NCBI GenBank assembly: GCA_964016885.1
Contig: OZ024754.1
Location: forward strand, 5,518,001-5,582,000
DNA length: 64,000 nt
Origin: Eledone cirrhosa
Taxonomy: Eukaryota
Direction: 5' to 3'
In this document: positions 29,888 through 44,565 of the stretch, in pieces
Numbering within the stretch: the stretch's first letter is position 1
Layout of the letters: every line of letters begins with the position of its first letter
Program-made: the position numbers and the translations under genes
The notes under the pieces: generated by a model
Told to the model about the DNA's origin: nothing
Databases searched by the model: none
What the model saw: the letters and a program-made list of their open reading frames with translations, nothing else

Positions 29888-30356
29888 CCCCCCACCCCCT
29901 CTCTTCGCTCGCTCTCTCTACCTCTCTCACTACCTCTCACTCTCGCTCTCTCTCTCATTCTCTCTCGGCCCCTCTCCCGCACTCGTAACTCTATACCATA
30001 CAGTATATTATCCTACGCTCCTACGATATACCGCCAATCCACCTAACCGACCTGAACGCCCTAAATATTAGCCAGGCACCTTCACTTCACCATCCCCACC
30101 ACCACCTCCTTAAAACAGAATAACGGAATATACACGTATGTAATCTGTTAACCCCATGGATGAGATCTCCAATAGAAACAAATATGGCATTGGATTACGT
30201 TAATCTATAAAAGAAAGCGCGGCGGGGGGGAGGGGGGGGAAGAATCAAATATTTAGAATGTTTATGAATTCATTGGTTGAGATTTAAACCAATCGCTAGA
30301 GTAACTGTCTTGTACAGAAACTAAAGTGGTTACATCTGGAGTTCTTAGGTGAAGAA

Positions 30357-30433
<77 letters not shown>

Positions 30434-30588
30434 TATGTACATATATATACATACATACATACATACATATATATATATATATGAATATATATATGTATAT
30501 ATATATATATGTGTGTGTCTGTCTGTGTGTGTGAATAAATATATATATGAACAAATATATATACATGAATAGATATATACAAAAATAA

Positions 30589-30660
<72 letters not shown>

Positions 30661-30695
30661 GAATATATATATATATATATATATGAATATATATA

Positions 30696-30777
<82 letters not shown>

Positions 30778-30782
30778 TATTC

Positions 30783-30857
<75 letters not shown>

Positions 30858-31064
30858 TATTAATATATATATATATATGAATAGATATAAAGATATATTT
30901 CTTATTATTGTTCGTCGGAACAAGTTGAAACTGTTGACATCTTAAAATGTTTCTCTTCTTGTCGTGATTCCGTCAAGTCATTCTATATGTCTATTGATTT
31001 ATGTATATATTCACATATCTCCCCCCCCCCTATCTCTCTCCCTCCACACCCCCCTCTCTCTCTC

Positions 31065-31099
<35 letters not shown>

Positions 31100-31447
31100 G
31101 TATATTTATATATGTGTATATATATATATATATATATCATGTTTAATACGAAAATGGCTTGTACAGAACTAGAACTGTTTCATTCAAAAGAAATAATATA
31201 TAAATATATACATATATATACATTGTGAAGGCGTGTGTCTGAGTGCTTAGCGAATTGGATTGTGAGTTCGATTCCTGGACCAGGCGATGCGTTTGAGCAA
31301 GACACTTTATTTCACGTTGCTCCTTCTACCTGGAGTTGCGACCGATAGATAGTATTAGAAATTGGAAAGACCAACGGAAATATTGTTCCCTCGGTCCCAT
31401 TTGACGAAAATGGATCGTTCCTAAAAAAAAATTAAAAAAAATATATG

Positions 31448-31550
<103 letters not shown>

Positions 31551-31951
31551 GTGTGTGTGTGAGTTTGTGTGCGCGCGTGTGTGTGTGCCCACGTGTGTGT
31601 GTGTGTGTGAGAGAGAGAGAGATATAGAGAGAGAAATAATAATATTAAACCTTACTATCTGCCTGATGACAACACAGTAAATGACTGTTACACGACGACT
31701 TTGATGTCTTTGAAATGTGCATGACAGGATGATTTAATGTACTGTAGATACCATATGTACATGATACGATGTCTCTTCTTATTCCTCGACATCTGTATAT
31801 ATTCTGTCCTTTGATGTGACCCTGTGAATGACGTCACTTGTCTGTCTTCTTGCGTACGTTTACTTACATACACACACCTACATATTGTGTATATATATAT
31901 ACACATACATTCATGCAAACATACATACATGCATATATATAGATAGATAGA

Positions 31952-32089
<138 letters not shown>

Positions 32090-32450
32090 TATATACATAT
32101 ATATATATATGTATATATATGTATATGTATATATATGTATATATATGTATATGTATATATATGTATGTATATGTATATATATATATATGTGTGTGTGTGT
32201 GCGTTTGTGTGTGTGTGAATATATACACATATATATAGGCATTTATGTGTGTGTCTTTTCCCATGGATGCATGTGTTTATGTTTTTAAATGCATGTATAT
32301 CGCAAGATTTCCTATAGATTTGAAATCTCAGCAACGAGTGGTTTCGTTCTATAAAATGTTCATCTGCTGTCAATATGAATAGATACATACACTTGTGATA
32401 ATACACATACATACACACTCACACATATACATATATACATAGTTAAATAC

Positions 32451-32574
<124 letters not shown>

Positions 32575-32688
32575 CACACTCACACATATACATATATACA
32601 TAGTTAAATACATAAATGAATATCTCTCTCTCTCTCGCGCTATCTCTCTCCCTCTTTATATATATATATAAATATATATATATATATG

Positions 32689-32820
<132 letters not shown>

Positions 32821-33100
32821 TATATATATATATATGTGTGTGTGTGTCGCTCTGTTTCTCCTTTCCTCTTTCTTTATGTTTGTACGTGTAATGTGTATGG
32901 TGATGCAAGTTCTTAAAGCAAAGTTTAAAAGATCCGGCGAGTCGGTTGCCGTCTTGCCGACTACACTATAGCTTCGATTATCTGATCTGCTCTGATCTTT
33001 CCCTTTTAGCTTAGATGTCAGATTGAAGAAGCCCCTCAGGTATTGCAAGTCCTGCCAAAGTTGACTAGATCGAAATCACACGCCAGTCTGCCCTACTCCC

Positions 33101-33171
<71 letters not shown>

Positions 33172-33498
33172 AACACACACTTTTAAAAAAACCATTTTTC
33201 TACGGAATGAGTGCCTGTCTTGTTTAAGCCATCCGAGATTTCATTGACTCGCTGAAGACAGAAACTTTCATCACGTCAGGCAAGCAAATGGATTAACCAT
33301 TGAATGCAGCAGAACAAAACAATAAAGATAAACAAAGAAATATAAAGCGCATGCTCACTCATCCGGATGGGGTTTCCATAAGTCTGAGAATTCGAAGTAA
33401 TTCGTTACTTAGCGTCAAAACTGATATCTCTATAGGCGAGAGACGTGTACAATGACTACAGAATCAACATAGATAGGTACAGCTCTCCATCAATCTAC

Positions 33499-34120
33499 CT
33501 CTCTATATATCTATCTCTCTATGTATCTATCTCTCTATATATCTATCTCTCTATTTATCTATCTCTCTATATATCTATCTCTCTATTTATCTATCTCTCT
33601 ATGTATCTATCTCTCTATTTATCTATCTCTCTATGTATCTATCTCTCTATGTATCTATCTCTCTATTTATCTACCTCTCTATATATCTATCTCTCTATTT
33701 ATATATCTCTCTATTATCTATCTCTCTATATATCTATCTCTCTATTTATCTATCTCTCTATATATCTATCTCTCTATGTATCTATCTCTCTATGTATCTA
33801 TCTCTCTATTTATCTATCTCTCTATGTATCTATCTCTCTATGTATCTATCTCTCTATTTATCTACCTCTCTATATATCTATCTCTCTATATATCTATCTC
33901 TCTATTTATCTATCTCTCTATATATCTATCTCTCTATTTATCTATCTCTCTATGCATCTATCTCTCTATATATCTATCTCTCTATTTATCTATCTCTCTA
34001 TATATCTATCTCTCTATTTATCTATCTCTCTATGTATCTATCTCTCTATATATATATCTCTCTATTTATCTATCTCTCTATATACCTATCTCTCTATTTC
34101 TCTATCTCTCTATTTATCTA
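33499..34120. repeat. 16-bp minisatellite CTCTAT[A/G/T]TATCTATCT
   Basis: Regular units with one variable position. Confidence 0.9.
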
Positions 34121-34299
34121 TCTAACCATCTAACTATCTATCTGTCTGTTTATTCATCTAAGTCTCTCTCTCTCGCTCTGTATGTCTCTCTCTCTCTCTC
34201 ACTCTGTCTCTATCTCTCTCTCTCTGTATATATATATATATATATATATATGCATCTAGTTAGCCATATAGGTATATATCATATATATATATATATATA

Positions 34300-34398
<99 letters not shown>

Positions 34399-34424
34399 TA
34401 TATATATTTATGTTTATATTCATG

Positions 34425-34500
<76 letters not shown>

Positions 34501-34844
34501 GCATATATATATATATAAATATATAAATATATATATAAATGTGTGTGTGTCTCTGTGTGTGTTTATATATATATTTATGTATGTATGTATCTGTATGTTT
34601 TTACAAGTGTGCATGTGTTTTTATATGTTTGCCTGTATAAATATGCAAGTATGTATGTATCCGTGTATGTGTATATTACAACACATGTATAGTATTAAAA
34701 ATATAAGTAGACAAGTATAGTTTTCTCCAGGTAAGACAGTGATGATAAAATAATATGTAAAGAAACTGACATTTGAGATGATTCTAGAACAGAGGATGCT
34801 GCTGTTACACAGGTATAGAATACACTGAGTAAAAGATCTAATAT

Positions 34845-34905
<61 letters not shown>

Positions 34906-34909
<4 letters not shown>

Positions 34910-35683
34910 ATACTTTGGGAGGATCATGTGCCAAGTGACACAGAGAAGACTGAGGTTGGCTGGACATGCTCACCGACATCCAGAGTTGACATTGCACTCA
35001 GTGCTCCTTTGGGAGCCCCTGCATGGACACACTGGAGGAGGAAGACCAAGGTTAACATATGTTGATGCCCTAAGGACAGACACTGGTCTGTTGGAGACGC
35101 AGGACATGGCAGCGATAATGAGGGACAGAGACCGCTGGAGAGAACTCGTCCATGGATCTCGGGAATTTTACCCGCCTTAGATAGATAGATAGATGTTGCC
35201 AATAAGAAACACCCCGCACCAGTTGCTTTCACTTCCATTTATTATACATTAAATTTATAAATTTCCGGTTGGTTGGTTGGTTGGTTCCACAACCAGACGA
35301 TTGTTCATATATTGTCAAAGTTGTTTCGTCACACATTCTGTGACCTCTTCAGTGACTGGGGATTCTTTTCTTTGTTTTGGTGCCTCTCCTTTGTTGTGTA
35401 AACACACACAAAAACAAGATAGCGCAGGACAGAACAAAGGAAACTTTGTCTGTTCTGGTCAACCTTTTTTTAATTGTTTCTCTAAAGTTCAAAATCTGAG
35501 AGTTCCAGCAAAGGTCAGAGTTACAAAGGTGTTATCCTGGAATATGCTAAACCAACTAGGCGGGTTGGGTTAATCTATCGCCAACACTCTAGGCCGACAA
35601 GTTTCGGATCCTCTCTTGTACTTTAATATTTCACCTAACAACAGTAAAATAATTAATACTTGCCTGGTCTGTTTTATGAAACA
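34906..35683 (-). mobile_element. Probable solo LTR (TGTT...AACA) interrupted by a LINE fragment; contains a hammerhead-like core
   Basis: Starts tgttatactttgggagg, as do partial copies at ~8000-8160 and ~22546. Ends aaca at 35643 or 35683. Confidence 0.5.
34929..35192 (+). mobile_element. RTE-like LINE 3' fragment nested in the LTR-like element
   Basis: RRLRLAGHAHR...LLWEP...GRPRLTYVD...DRDRWR is an RTE ORF C-terminal motif, followed by a (TAGA)n tail. Confidence 0.8.
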
Positions 35684-35880
35684 TATATATATACATGCGA
35701 GGGAGATGTGCCGATAGAGATAGTCAAACGCTAAGTGATGATTCTTAGTTTTCTCTCTCTATATATATATAACCTCTCTCTCACACACACACACACACTC
35801 ACTCACACACACACGTTCTGTTTTCCCACTTTCTCCCCCTTTTTCTCTCTCGCTCACCTTCCAATCCTCAACATTTCTAA

Positions 35881-35999
<119 letters not shown>

Positions 36000-36164
36000 A
36001 GTCCCGAAAATGTGTTTACACAATTTGAATACCTGTACAGGCAATGTTTATTAGAATGCTGTTGAAGTCTGTGTACATTTTTTAGGATACCCTATATATA
36101 TGTGTATGTGTGAGGTCTTCGTATATATATGTGTGTGTGTGAGAGCGAGTGTGTGTGTGTGTGT

Positions 36165-36201
<37 letters not shown>

Positions 36202-36586
36202 TAGTACTTTATTGCTACGCTTGTCCATAAATCCAGCCGCTCATTTTTTTCTTGTTCAACCATCCATCATTCTTGTGGCCATTAGGGAATAGAGATTACC
36301 AGAGCGATATTAAAGATGATAGATTGTACTGGCTGAGATCAAATATATTGGTAGTTGTAAAACAATCGGATATAAACTAATATATAGATTATCTTAATAT
36401 AGGTTCACTAAATTATTATGATGACCACTTGGAGCAGATTCTGATGGAATCTCTTAAAATATACCGACTACTTCCAGTAAATTTGGTCAAACAGTGAGAT
36501 AGATCATTTCCTCATCTCTTTGGAAACCAATAAACAAAGTATTTTCTTTGATCAAGGAACTATGGAAATATTTTACTCTTTTACAG

Positions 36587-36662
36587 GTTTCATTCGTCAG
36601 ATTATTTCGACGGGATTTGCTCTCAGAGAAGCTGATATCCAGAACGAATATCGCAAAGTATT
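36587..36662 (+). CDS. Candidate 76-nt internal exon of an unidentified host gene
   Basis: Acceptor ttttactcttttacag| and donor |gtaagt. Open as FIRQIISTGFALREADIQNEYRKV and in a second frame. Non-repetitive context. Confidence 0.45.
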
Positions 36663-36682
36663 GTAAGTATTCTACATACGCT

Positions 36683-36786
<104 letters not shown>

Positions 36787-36860
36787 ATATATATATATAT
36801 ATATATATATGAAGGCACATGGCTTAGTGGTTAGAGCATTGCGTGATGGATGTCAAACAA

Positions 36861-36912
<52 letters not shown>

Positions 36913-36953
36913 ATAATATTAATAAATGGAAAATATATTTATAAAACCATATT

Positions 36954-37014
36954 TATTTTATTATACGTATTTCAAGGGTACTAATATTTTAGTACGCTTT
37001 CGTCAGATAAAATA
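36954..37014 (-). ncRNA. Type I hammerhead ribozyme (diverged family B)
   Basis: Reverse complement: tattttat CTGACGA aag-cgtactaa aata ttagtacc-ctt GAAA tacgta TA ataaaata. Confidence 0.85.
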
Positions 37015-37968
37015 CAATAATTGGTGTAAAAATAGTGACATATCTTCATGTGAACTTCGTGTTATAAGTTCATTGAAGGTAGTGAATAAATTTTCAAAAC
37101 TCAGGATAAATATGCTAATGAGGATAACGTTAAAACTGAAAAGGACCGTTAATTTTAGACACTAGATAGATTTTAAATAATTATCTAAATTATTTTTTAA
37201 AAAGTGTTTGCTATTAAATTTGAAAACTCATTGTTTATATATATATAGTTGCACATTGCTGTGGTGTTCAACCGTGATTGGGGTCGTGGTGTATGGAGAT
37301 AGTTAGGCTGTTGCTGATGATGTGTGCTGTTGCTGACGATGAAGTAGCTAAGATTTGAAGTAGTAATAGTGGTGGTGGTGGTGGTGGTCGTGGTGGTCGT
37401 GGTAGCGACGGCGGCGATGATGATAGGTGTGGGGGTTTTTCTGACGTGATGCAGCGAAGGTGTGAGAATCTAAGACAACATGGTGTTAGGTGTTAATGAA
37501 CTAACAAGCAATGTGGACAATTTACTTCGTCGGTTGCTTCTCATTCAACGCTTTTTTTTTTTTTTTTTTTTTTTTATTTCATTTTAGCGAGGGATGCTGA
37601 AAAGTGAAACACTCTGCTGCAATGAGGGAGTATGAAAGAGAGGATGTAGGGAAGATGGTTGACTGAAGAATTAAAGCAGATGGAGGTGAAGAGAGTAGGA
37701 GGTTTGATGTGGGGGTGAAGGAGGATTCTGTGGTGCAGGTCGGCCAAATTTGTGTGAAAATACTGGTCGGTTGTTATGTTACTTTCAAGGGGGTAAATGA
37801 TCATCTGTATTGGATAATTTCAGGTTTCCAGACAGAATTTTGACGCCAAATTTGCTTCATTGTGACAGATTTCGCGCTCTACACGACCCTCTAATTCAGA
37901 CTACGCGCGCTACTCCGCTCCGATCCAATCTGCTATAAACATGCATACACAATCACACAGTCATATAA

Positions 37969-38035
<67 letters not shown>

Positions 38036-38193
38036 AAGAGATAGAGAGAGAGAGAGAGAGAGTGAGAGAGAGATAGAGAGTGCGAAAGAGAGAGATAGAG
38101 AGAAAGTGGGAAGAGAGTGCGAGAAAGATATATATATATACTTACAGTAAGACAATATTTATTAGAATGATGGATACATTTTGGGGGGACACC

Positions 38194-38233
<40 letters not shown>

Positions 38234-38350
38234 GTCTGTGTGTGTGTGCGTGTGTGTGCGGTTGTATATACACATGTATATTTATGCATATTCATACAAC
38301 AGAAAGAGAAGCAGAGTCCATACGGGTTTTTGTGTTAATATCTTATGTAT

Positions 38351-38617
38351 AATAACTAACAAAAAGTTATCGCTCAACATGGCTGAATACAATAAATGTA
38401 ATCGGAGGATTTCGAAGATAAATAATATTCGATTCGTTTGCAATTATGCAAACATACTCTTTTAAGCTATGTCTGTAGAATGAAACCTTCATTCTAGCTC
38501 TTGTGTTGGCATGTAAACAGAAATGAGGGGTTCATTCTACTTACATGGCTTAAATGAGGCTGTTTGCATAATTGCAAATGAATCGAATATTATTATTAAT
38601 ATTCAAAGAATTTAGAT

Positions 38618-38621
<4 letters not shown>
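38351..38621. mobile_element. Old, diverged fold-back element (family C)
   Basis: 38421-38493 is an imperfect inverted repeat of 38522-38594, adjacent to (TA)n. Confidence 0.7.
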
Positions 38622-38653
<32 letters not shown>

Positions 38654-39430
38654 AGTTAATATAAATTAATATATATGATAAAACACAAATACCAACATAT
38701 AAGTGTTTGTATTGTAAATGACTAAGTTAGCTAGATTGAAAAATACTAATTATAATAATACAGTTTGCCTGTCTCGATTTAAAATAATAAATCAATAAAA
38801 ACAAACGATATTGGCAAATGGCCGTGGTACTTAGACAAATTTAAATTTCAAAATCAAACCTGTTCCGTAGATAAGTTTAAACTTCAAAATCCAAATAAGT
38901 TTTGAGATGAAAAAGTGAAAAAATACCCCGTTCAGCTCTCCTCAGTAAGTACCCTGAACAATTGGTATGTTTCACTTCAAAATATTTAAAAAGACTGTTT
39001 AACGCACATGGTTTTCCAGTTTCTAGCTGCCGCATACTCGTTCTGCTAGAAATAACAGCCGTTTATATAGGGCTTGTATTACACGGCTCAGAAATATTCT
39101 TTCTTTGAGCTATTTCATTGTAAAGGACTGCTTGAGTTTAGAAGTCATTATTCTTAGTATATATATATATAATATTTATTAAACTACCAGATTGAAGTTT
39201 AAGCCTCTGTGTCTGTATATATGTGTGTGTGTGTGTCTGTGTGTATATGTATGTCTGTGTGTCTGACTGTGTGTATAGGTATGTGTATGTCTGTATATAT
39301 ATATATATATATGTATATATTTATTAAACTACCAGATTAAAGTTTAAGCCTCTGTGTCCGTATATATATGTCTGTGTGTGTGTGTGTATGTATGTCTGTG
39401 TGTCTGACTGTGTGTATAGGTATGTGTATA

Positions 39431-39508
<78 letters not shown>

Positions 39509-39557
39509 TGTAATGATATAGATGAGATGTCATATATCTATATAGTTCTCTCCATTA

Positions 39558-39733
39558 TATCGGTAGAGGGTCGGACGCCATGCTTTGACGCATAGAATTA
39601 CGGCCCTTGCCATTCGGAGTTCAAATCCCGTCGAGGTTAACTTTGCCTTTCATCCTTACGGGGTCGATAAAATAAAGTACCAGTAATTCACTGGGCAATT
39701 GCTGGCCTTGTGCCAAAAGTAGAAACAATTATT
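39558..39733 (+). mobile_element. SINE group 1
   Basis: B-box ggagttcaaatcc and the conserved body. Confidence 0.85.
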
Positions 39734-39754
39734 AATATTCAAAAAATGTTGTCA

Positions 39755-39876
39755 TTAATTGTAAGTTGTGATGTTGCTGTTCCATTCATGTTTTCTATTT
39801 AATTTTGGTTGGAGTTCATTTATGTTTATTGCCTCTGTGATTTGTCTAAACATTGCGTCTTTTCTGTGTGTAGATT
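39755..39876 (-). pseudogene. C-terminal GIY-YIG endonuclease fragment of a second PLE type, cut by the assembly gap
   Basis: HRKDAMFRQITEAININELQPKLNRKHEW* shows the RQI.EA..I....P.LN...EW pattern of PLE GIY-YIG C-termini. Confidence 0.65.
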
Positions 39877-40076
39877 NNNNNNNNNNNNNNNNNNNNNNNN
39901 NNNNNNNNNNNNNNNNNNNNNNNNNNNNNNNNNNNNNNNNNNNNNNNNNNNNNNNNNNNNNNNNNNNNNNNNNNNNNNNNNNNNNNNNNNNNNNNNNNNN
40001 NNNNNNNNNNNNNNNNNNNNNNNNNNNNNNNNNNNNNNNNNNNNNNNNNNNNNNNNNNNNNNNNNNNNNNNNNNNN
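39877..40076. other. Assembly gap (200 N)
   Basis: Run of n. Confidence 1.
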
Positions 40077-40432
40077 AACAGTTTTATAGATAAATATATT
40101 CGACATACCGTAATAAACATCAACTTCATTTGAAGAGGTTCACTCTAGCAGTGAAAATACAGAGAGAAAGAAAGAGAGAGAGAAAAGAGGGAAATAAGAA
40201 AGAAAGAAAGACGAAACGAAGAAAAGGAAGAAAAAGAAGAAAAAGAAGAAATGCATGGGACAAAATAGAGAGATGGAAAAATAGATAAAGCGAAGAGCTT
40301 CATGTAAAGAGACCGAAAGAGATATATATATATATATAGAGAGAGGAAATAGAGATAGATACATATATAAATATAGATATAGAAAAATTAGGTAGTGGGA
40401 GGTCATTTTGAGTAAGTGTATCAATGATGCAT

Positions 40433-40467
<35 letters not shown>

Positions 40468-40838
40468 GCTCAAGTATTAATGTAAGGGAGATATAGAGAG
40501 ATATAGAGAGATATAGAGAGAGAAAAATTTAAAAATAGCCAGACATATTCGAGGCGTAGAAAACCCTATGTTTTAATGTATTAGTATTTATAAAACTTAC
40601 ACTATATTGTAAATATCAGTATTCCTGAATGAAACAAGTATTCACAATGCGTGAAAATTCATTATCTTATGTTTAGTTTTTTAAAAAATTCATATGTCTA
40701 TGTGAATCCAACTGATTCACTCCGCAAATTCAAAGTTACCGGAAAACATTCTCAATGTGGTATAAACATTTGAGCGTATTATTATTCTTGCGATTACTCT
40801 ACAAGATTATCTATCAAGCAGAAATAGAGAGCAGATTT

Positions 40839-40994
40839 TTTAATTCATCCTCTGAGACATGTGACCTCTGCGCAGAGGAGATATTCTTTATACTAAAATC
40901 TAAAAATTCCCTTAACCTACGGACAAATTTATTCAGTTGTTGCAAACATAGATTAAACTCAACGTTTAAATATAAATTTAAATTTAAAATGTAG
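40839..40994 (+). pseudogene. C-terminal remnant of a PLE ORF (endonuclease end with CxxC)
   Basis: NSSSETCDLCAEEIFFILKSKNSLNLRTNLFSCCKHR fits the CxLC..E....L....LN.R..L.S.C(R/K)H pattern I recognise from invertebrate PLE ORF ends. Not verified by search. Confidence 0.65.
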
Positions 40995-42117
40995 TATATT
41001 TAGTTTGATTTATATTTATATGAGAACTAGCCGATAAATCTTTTGATTCCTAAATCTTTGATTCCCTCTTTTTACTGTTTATTTTTTATTGTATTTATTT
41101 TTATTTTTATTTTTTATTTTTATTTTTATCTAAACATTCCTCATGAAAAATTAAGCTACCCTAAAAGCCGATGCTCCAAATTTTATGAATTAACCTTACA
41201 CTTGATAAACTTATATATTAAATATAGGAACATATGTAGACATTATTGGACATCATAACCTTTTTTTTTTGCGATATTCCTTGCTAGATGTGATTTGATA
41301 GATAATTTTTGGCTTTGTCTTGTAGTGAACTTGGCAATATATTGTCAATTAACCTTGAAGGGTTGTTCTTTGTGGTTTATTTTTTATTTTTATTTTTATT
41401 TTTATTTTTATTTTTATTTTTATTTTTATTTTTATTTTTTATTTTTATTCTTTTAGTATTGTAGTATTCTATAATATTTTTATATTTTTATTTTTTATTT
41501 TTTATTTTATTTTATTTTTATTTTTAATATTTTTATATGTAAAGTTTTAATACGTAATAATTTTAAAACATAGTATTTTTAATATGCAATATTTTTATTA
41601 TGTAATATTCTTTCGTAATATTCTTTTTTAGTTTTCTATTCTATATTTTTATATTTTTATATATTTTTACTTATTATCATTATTATTGTTATCTCTGCTT
41701 ATAATATAATATATATTTTCGATTAATATTTTCGATTGGTATATTGAAATCTGCTCTCTATTTCTGCTTGATAGATAATCTTGTAGAGTAATCGCAAGAA
41801 TAATAATACGCTCAAATGTTTATACCACATTGAGAATGTTTTCCGGTAACTTTGAATTTGCGGAGTGAATCAGTTGGATTCACATAGACATATGAATTTT
41901 TTAAAAAACTAAACATAAGATAATGAATTTTCACGCATTGTGAATACTTGTTTCATTCAGGAATACTGATATTTACAATATAGTGTAAGTTTTATAAATA
42001 CTAATACATTAAAACATAGGGTTTTCTACGCCTCGAATATGTCTGGCTATTTTTAAATTTTTCTCTCTCTATATCTCTCTATATCTCTCTATATCTCCCT
42101 TACATTAATACTTGAGC

Positions 42118-42152
<35 letters not shown>

Positions 42153-42515
42153 ATGCATCATTGATACACTTACTCAAAATGACCTCCCACTACCTAATTT
42201 TTCTATATCTATATTTATATATGTATCTATCTCTATTTCCTCTCTCTATATATATATATATATCTCTTTCGGTCTCTTTACATGAAGCTCTTCGCTTTAT
42301 CTATTTTTCCATCTCTCTATTTTGTCCCATGCATTTCTTCTTTTTCTTCTTTTTCTTCCTTTTCTTCGTTTCGTCTTTCTTTCTTTCTTATTTCCCTCTT
42401 TTCTCTCTCTCTTTCTTTCTCTCTGTATTTTCACTGCTAGAGTGAACCTCTTCAAATGAAGTTGATGTTTATTACGGTATGTCGAATATATTTATCTATA
42501 AAACTGTTTATATTG

Positions 42516-42581
42516 TATTTTGTCTGATGAAGGCATAGCATATTGTTAATATGATATCCCCGAAATATATATAATGAAATA
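42516..42581 (+). ncRNA. Type I minimal hammerhead ribozyme (family B)
   Basis: tattttgt CTGATGA agg...ccc GAAA tatata TA atgaaata. Confidence 0.8.
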
Positions 42582-42992
42582 AATATGGTTTTATAAATAT
42601 AGTTTTCCATTTATTTAATATTGTAAATATACTCCAAGTATTTGTCGAGTGCTTTTATATCAGTTATAAATATTTACTAGTTGTAACCCAACAATTTTAA
42701 ATATAACTTTACATGTATACATACGTATATATATTTATAAATAAATAAATATATATATATATATTCAATAAAAAATATAAATATATATATATATACAAAT
42801 ATATATACATACTTATAAATAAATATATATATATATATATTCAATAAAAAATATAAATATATATATAATCAAATATATATACATATGTATATATCTTTAT
42901 AAATAAATAAATATATATATATATATATTAAATAAAAAATATAAATATATATATATATACAAATATATATACATATGTATATATATTTATAA

Positions 42993-43029
<37 letters not shown>

Positions 43030-43433
43030 TATATATATATATTTATATAATTGTCCTAGCAGGTTGATTTTTCGCCCACATGAGGGGTTTTTCTTTTCTT
43101 ATTTGCGTTCCTCTTTTATATATTTTGAAAATTATATTTTTCTCATGTCTCGTTGTAATTCTTGCATGTATTTCAATGTACTCCTTATAAATGTGTATGT
43201 ATGTATGTGTATGTATGTATGTATGTATGTATGTATGTATGTATGTATGTATGTATGTATGTATGTATGTATGTATGTATGTATGTATGTATGTTTCTAT
43301 CTATCTATCTATCGATGTGTATGTGGTTATGTATATATATATGCGCGGTCTGGTGGCAAGATATATGTCTCTCTCTCGTTCTCTTTATGAAAATATACAT
43401 ATAAGTGTGGGGTGGTGTATTGATATCTATCTA

Positions 43434-43476
<43 letters not shown>

Positions 43477-43477
<1 letters not shown>

Positions 43478-43572
43478 ACGAAGGAAATGTGGTAAGGAAC
43501 CAGGTGGACCATAATTAGTCCAGAATTAGCCGTCGAAACGGCTTGAGCTCAGCCGTCGAGGTCCTACTCGTT

Positions 43573-43575
<3 letters not shown>
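43477..43575 (-). mobile_element. Family A copy 4 (tail-bearing arm cut to ~38 nt and joined to the tail-less arm)
   Basis: aacgaaggaaatgtggtaaggaaccaggtggaccataa is fused to ttagtccagaattagccgtcgaaacggc...gttcct. Confidence 0.85.
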
Positions 43576-43629
<54 letters not shown>

Positions 43630-44439
43630 CACTAACATTCCAGGATGTAACCCTACGCTAAAAGAAAGAGAGAAGATATTGGATTATCTATTCCTACATA
43701 CCCTTGAACTGACAGGATAGTCATGGCTGGACAGCCTTTGTTCATTGGTGTGACGGATTACTATTAAACACTTTTTTAACCCTGGGCCATGTCCTCATTG
43801 TGCAATTTTATAATTAAAGGGGATCCAAATGCGACCAGAATATCTTGTTGGCCAACATAATGTATTCTGAAATATATATCCATGTTTGTGCCACACAATT
43901 AAATCTTAACATCCGATAATGATTCAGTAGAAAATAGTAAAAAGCAAGTTCGTTTATTCAAGTATTTTTAGTACCTTTACTAATTAGAAAATCGTCGGAA
44001 CTATTAGCAGTATTAAATTTTCGGCTAGATTTAAGATACCTACTATAGTCTTGTTTCGACCCTTTTTTTTTTAAGCAAGTCTTTTTGAGGCGGATTCATC
44101 TGCTACAGGATGAGGTAACAACAATTACTCAAATTTTAAATTCTACAATTCCTAAAGAGCATTTAATTCCCCCTTTTCTCTTCTCCAATTCCCTCAATGA
44201 AAATATGATATTCCTATTCAAAGACCCCTAAACTACGCTATCACTCACACATCTGAAATATCCCCCAAAAGCTAATGGAGAATAATTACAACAGAGCTTT
44301 TGGTTGTTTTTTGCTTATTATTTTTAAAAAATTGTTCATTAATCTCATATTTTGTTTCTATGTTGTTTTGATGTTGTTTTTGGGGTTTTTTTCAGTGACC
44401 ACCAGTCTAGATTTTACAATATGTATATCTATCTATATA

Positions 44440-44495
<56 letters not shown>

Positions 44496-44529
44496 TATAT
44501 TCATATCTATGTATATATATATCAATGTG

Positions 44530-44565
<36 letters not shown>

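Larger units (their letters stand above)
40077..42713 (+). mobile_element. 5'-truncated Penelope-like retroelement (family B) with an inverted 5' copy
   Basis: 40077-40838 is the reverse complement of 41747-42508. The direct part carries an ORF C-terminus (to 40994), a long low-complexity 3' region, a hammerhead at 42516-42581 and a tail ending in TA repeats. Confidence 0.75.
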
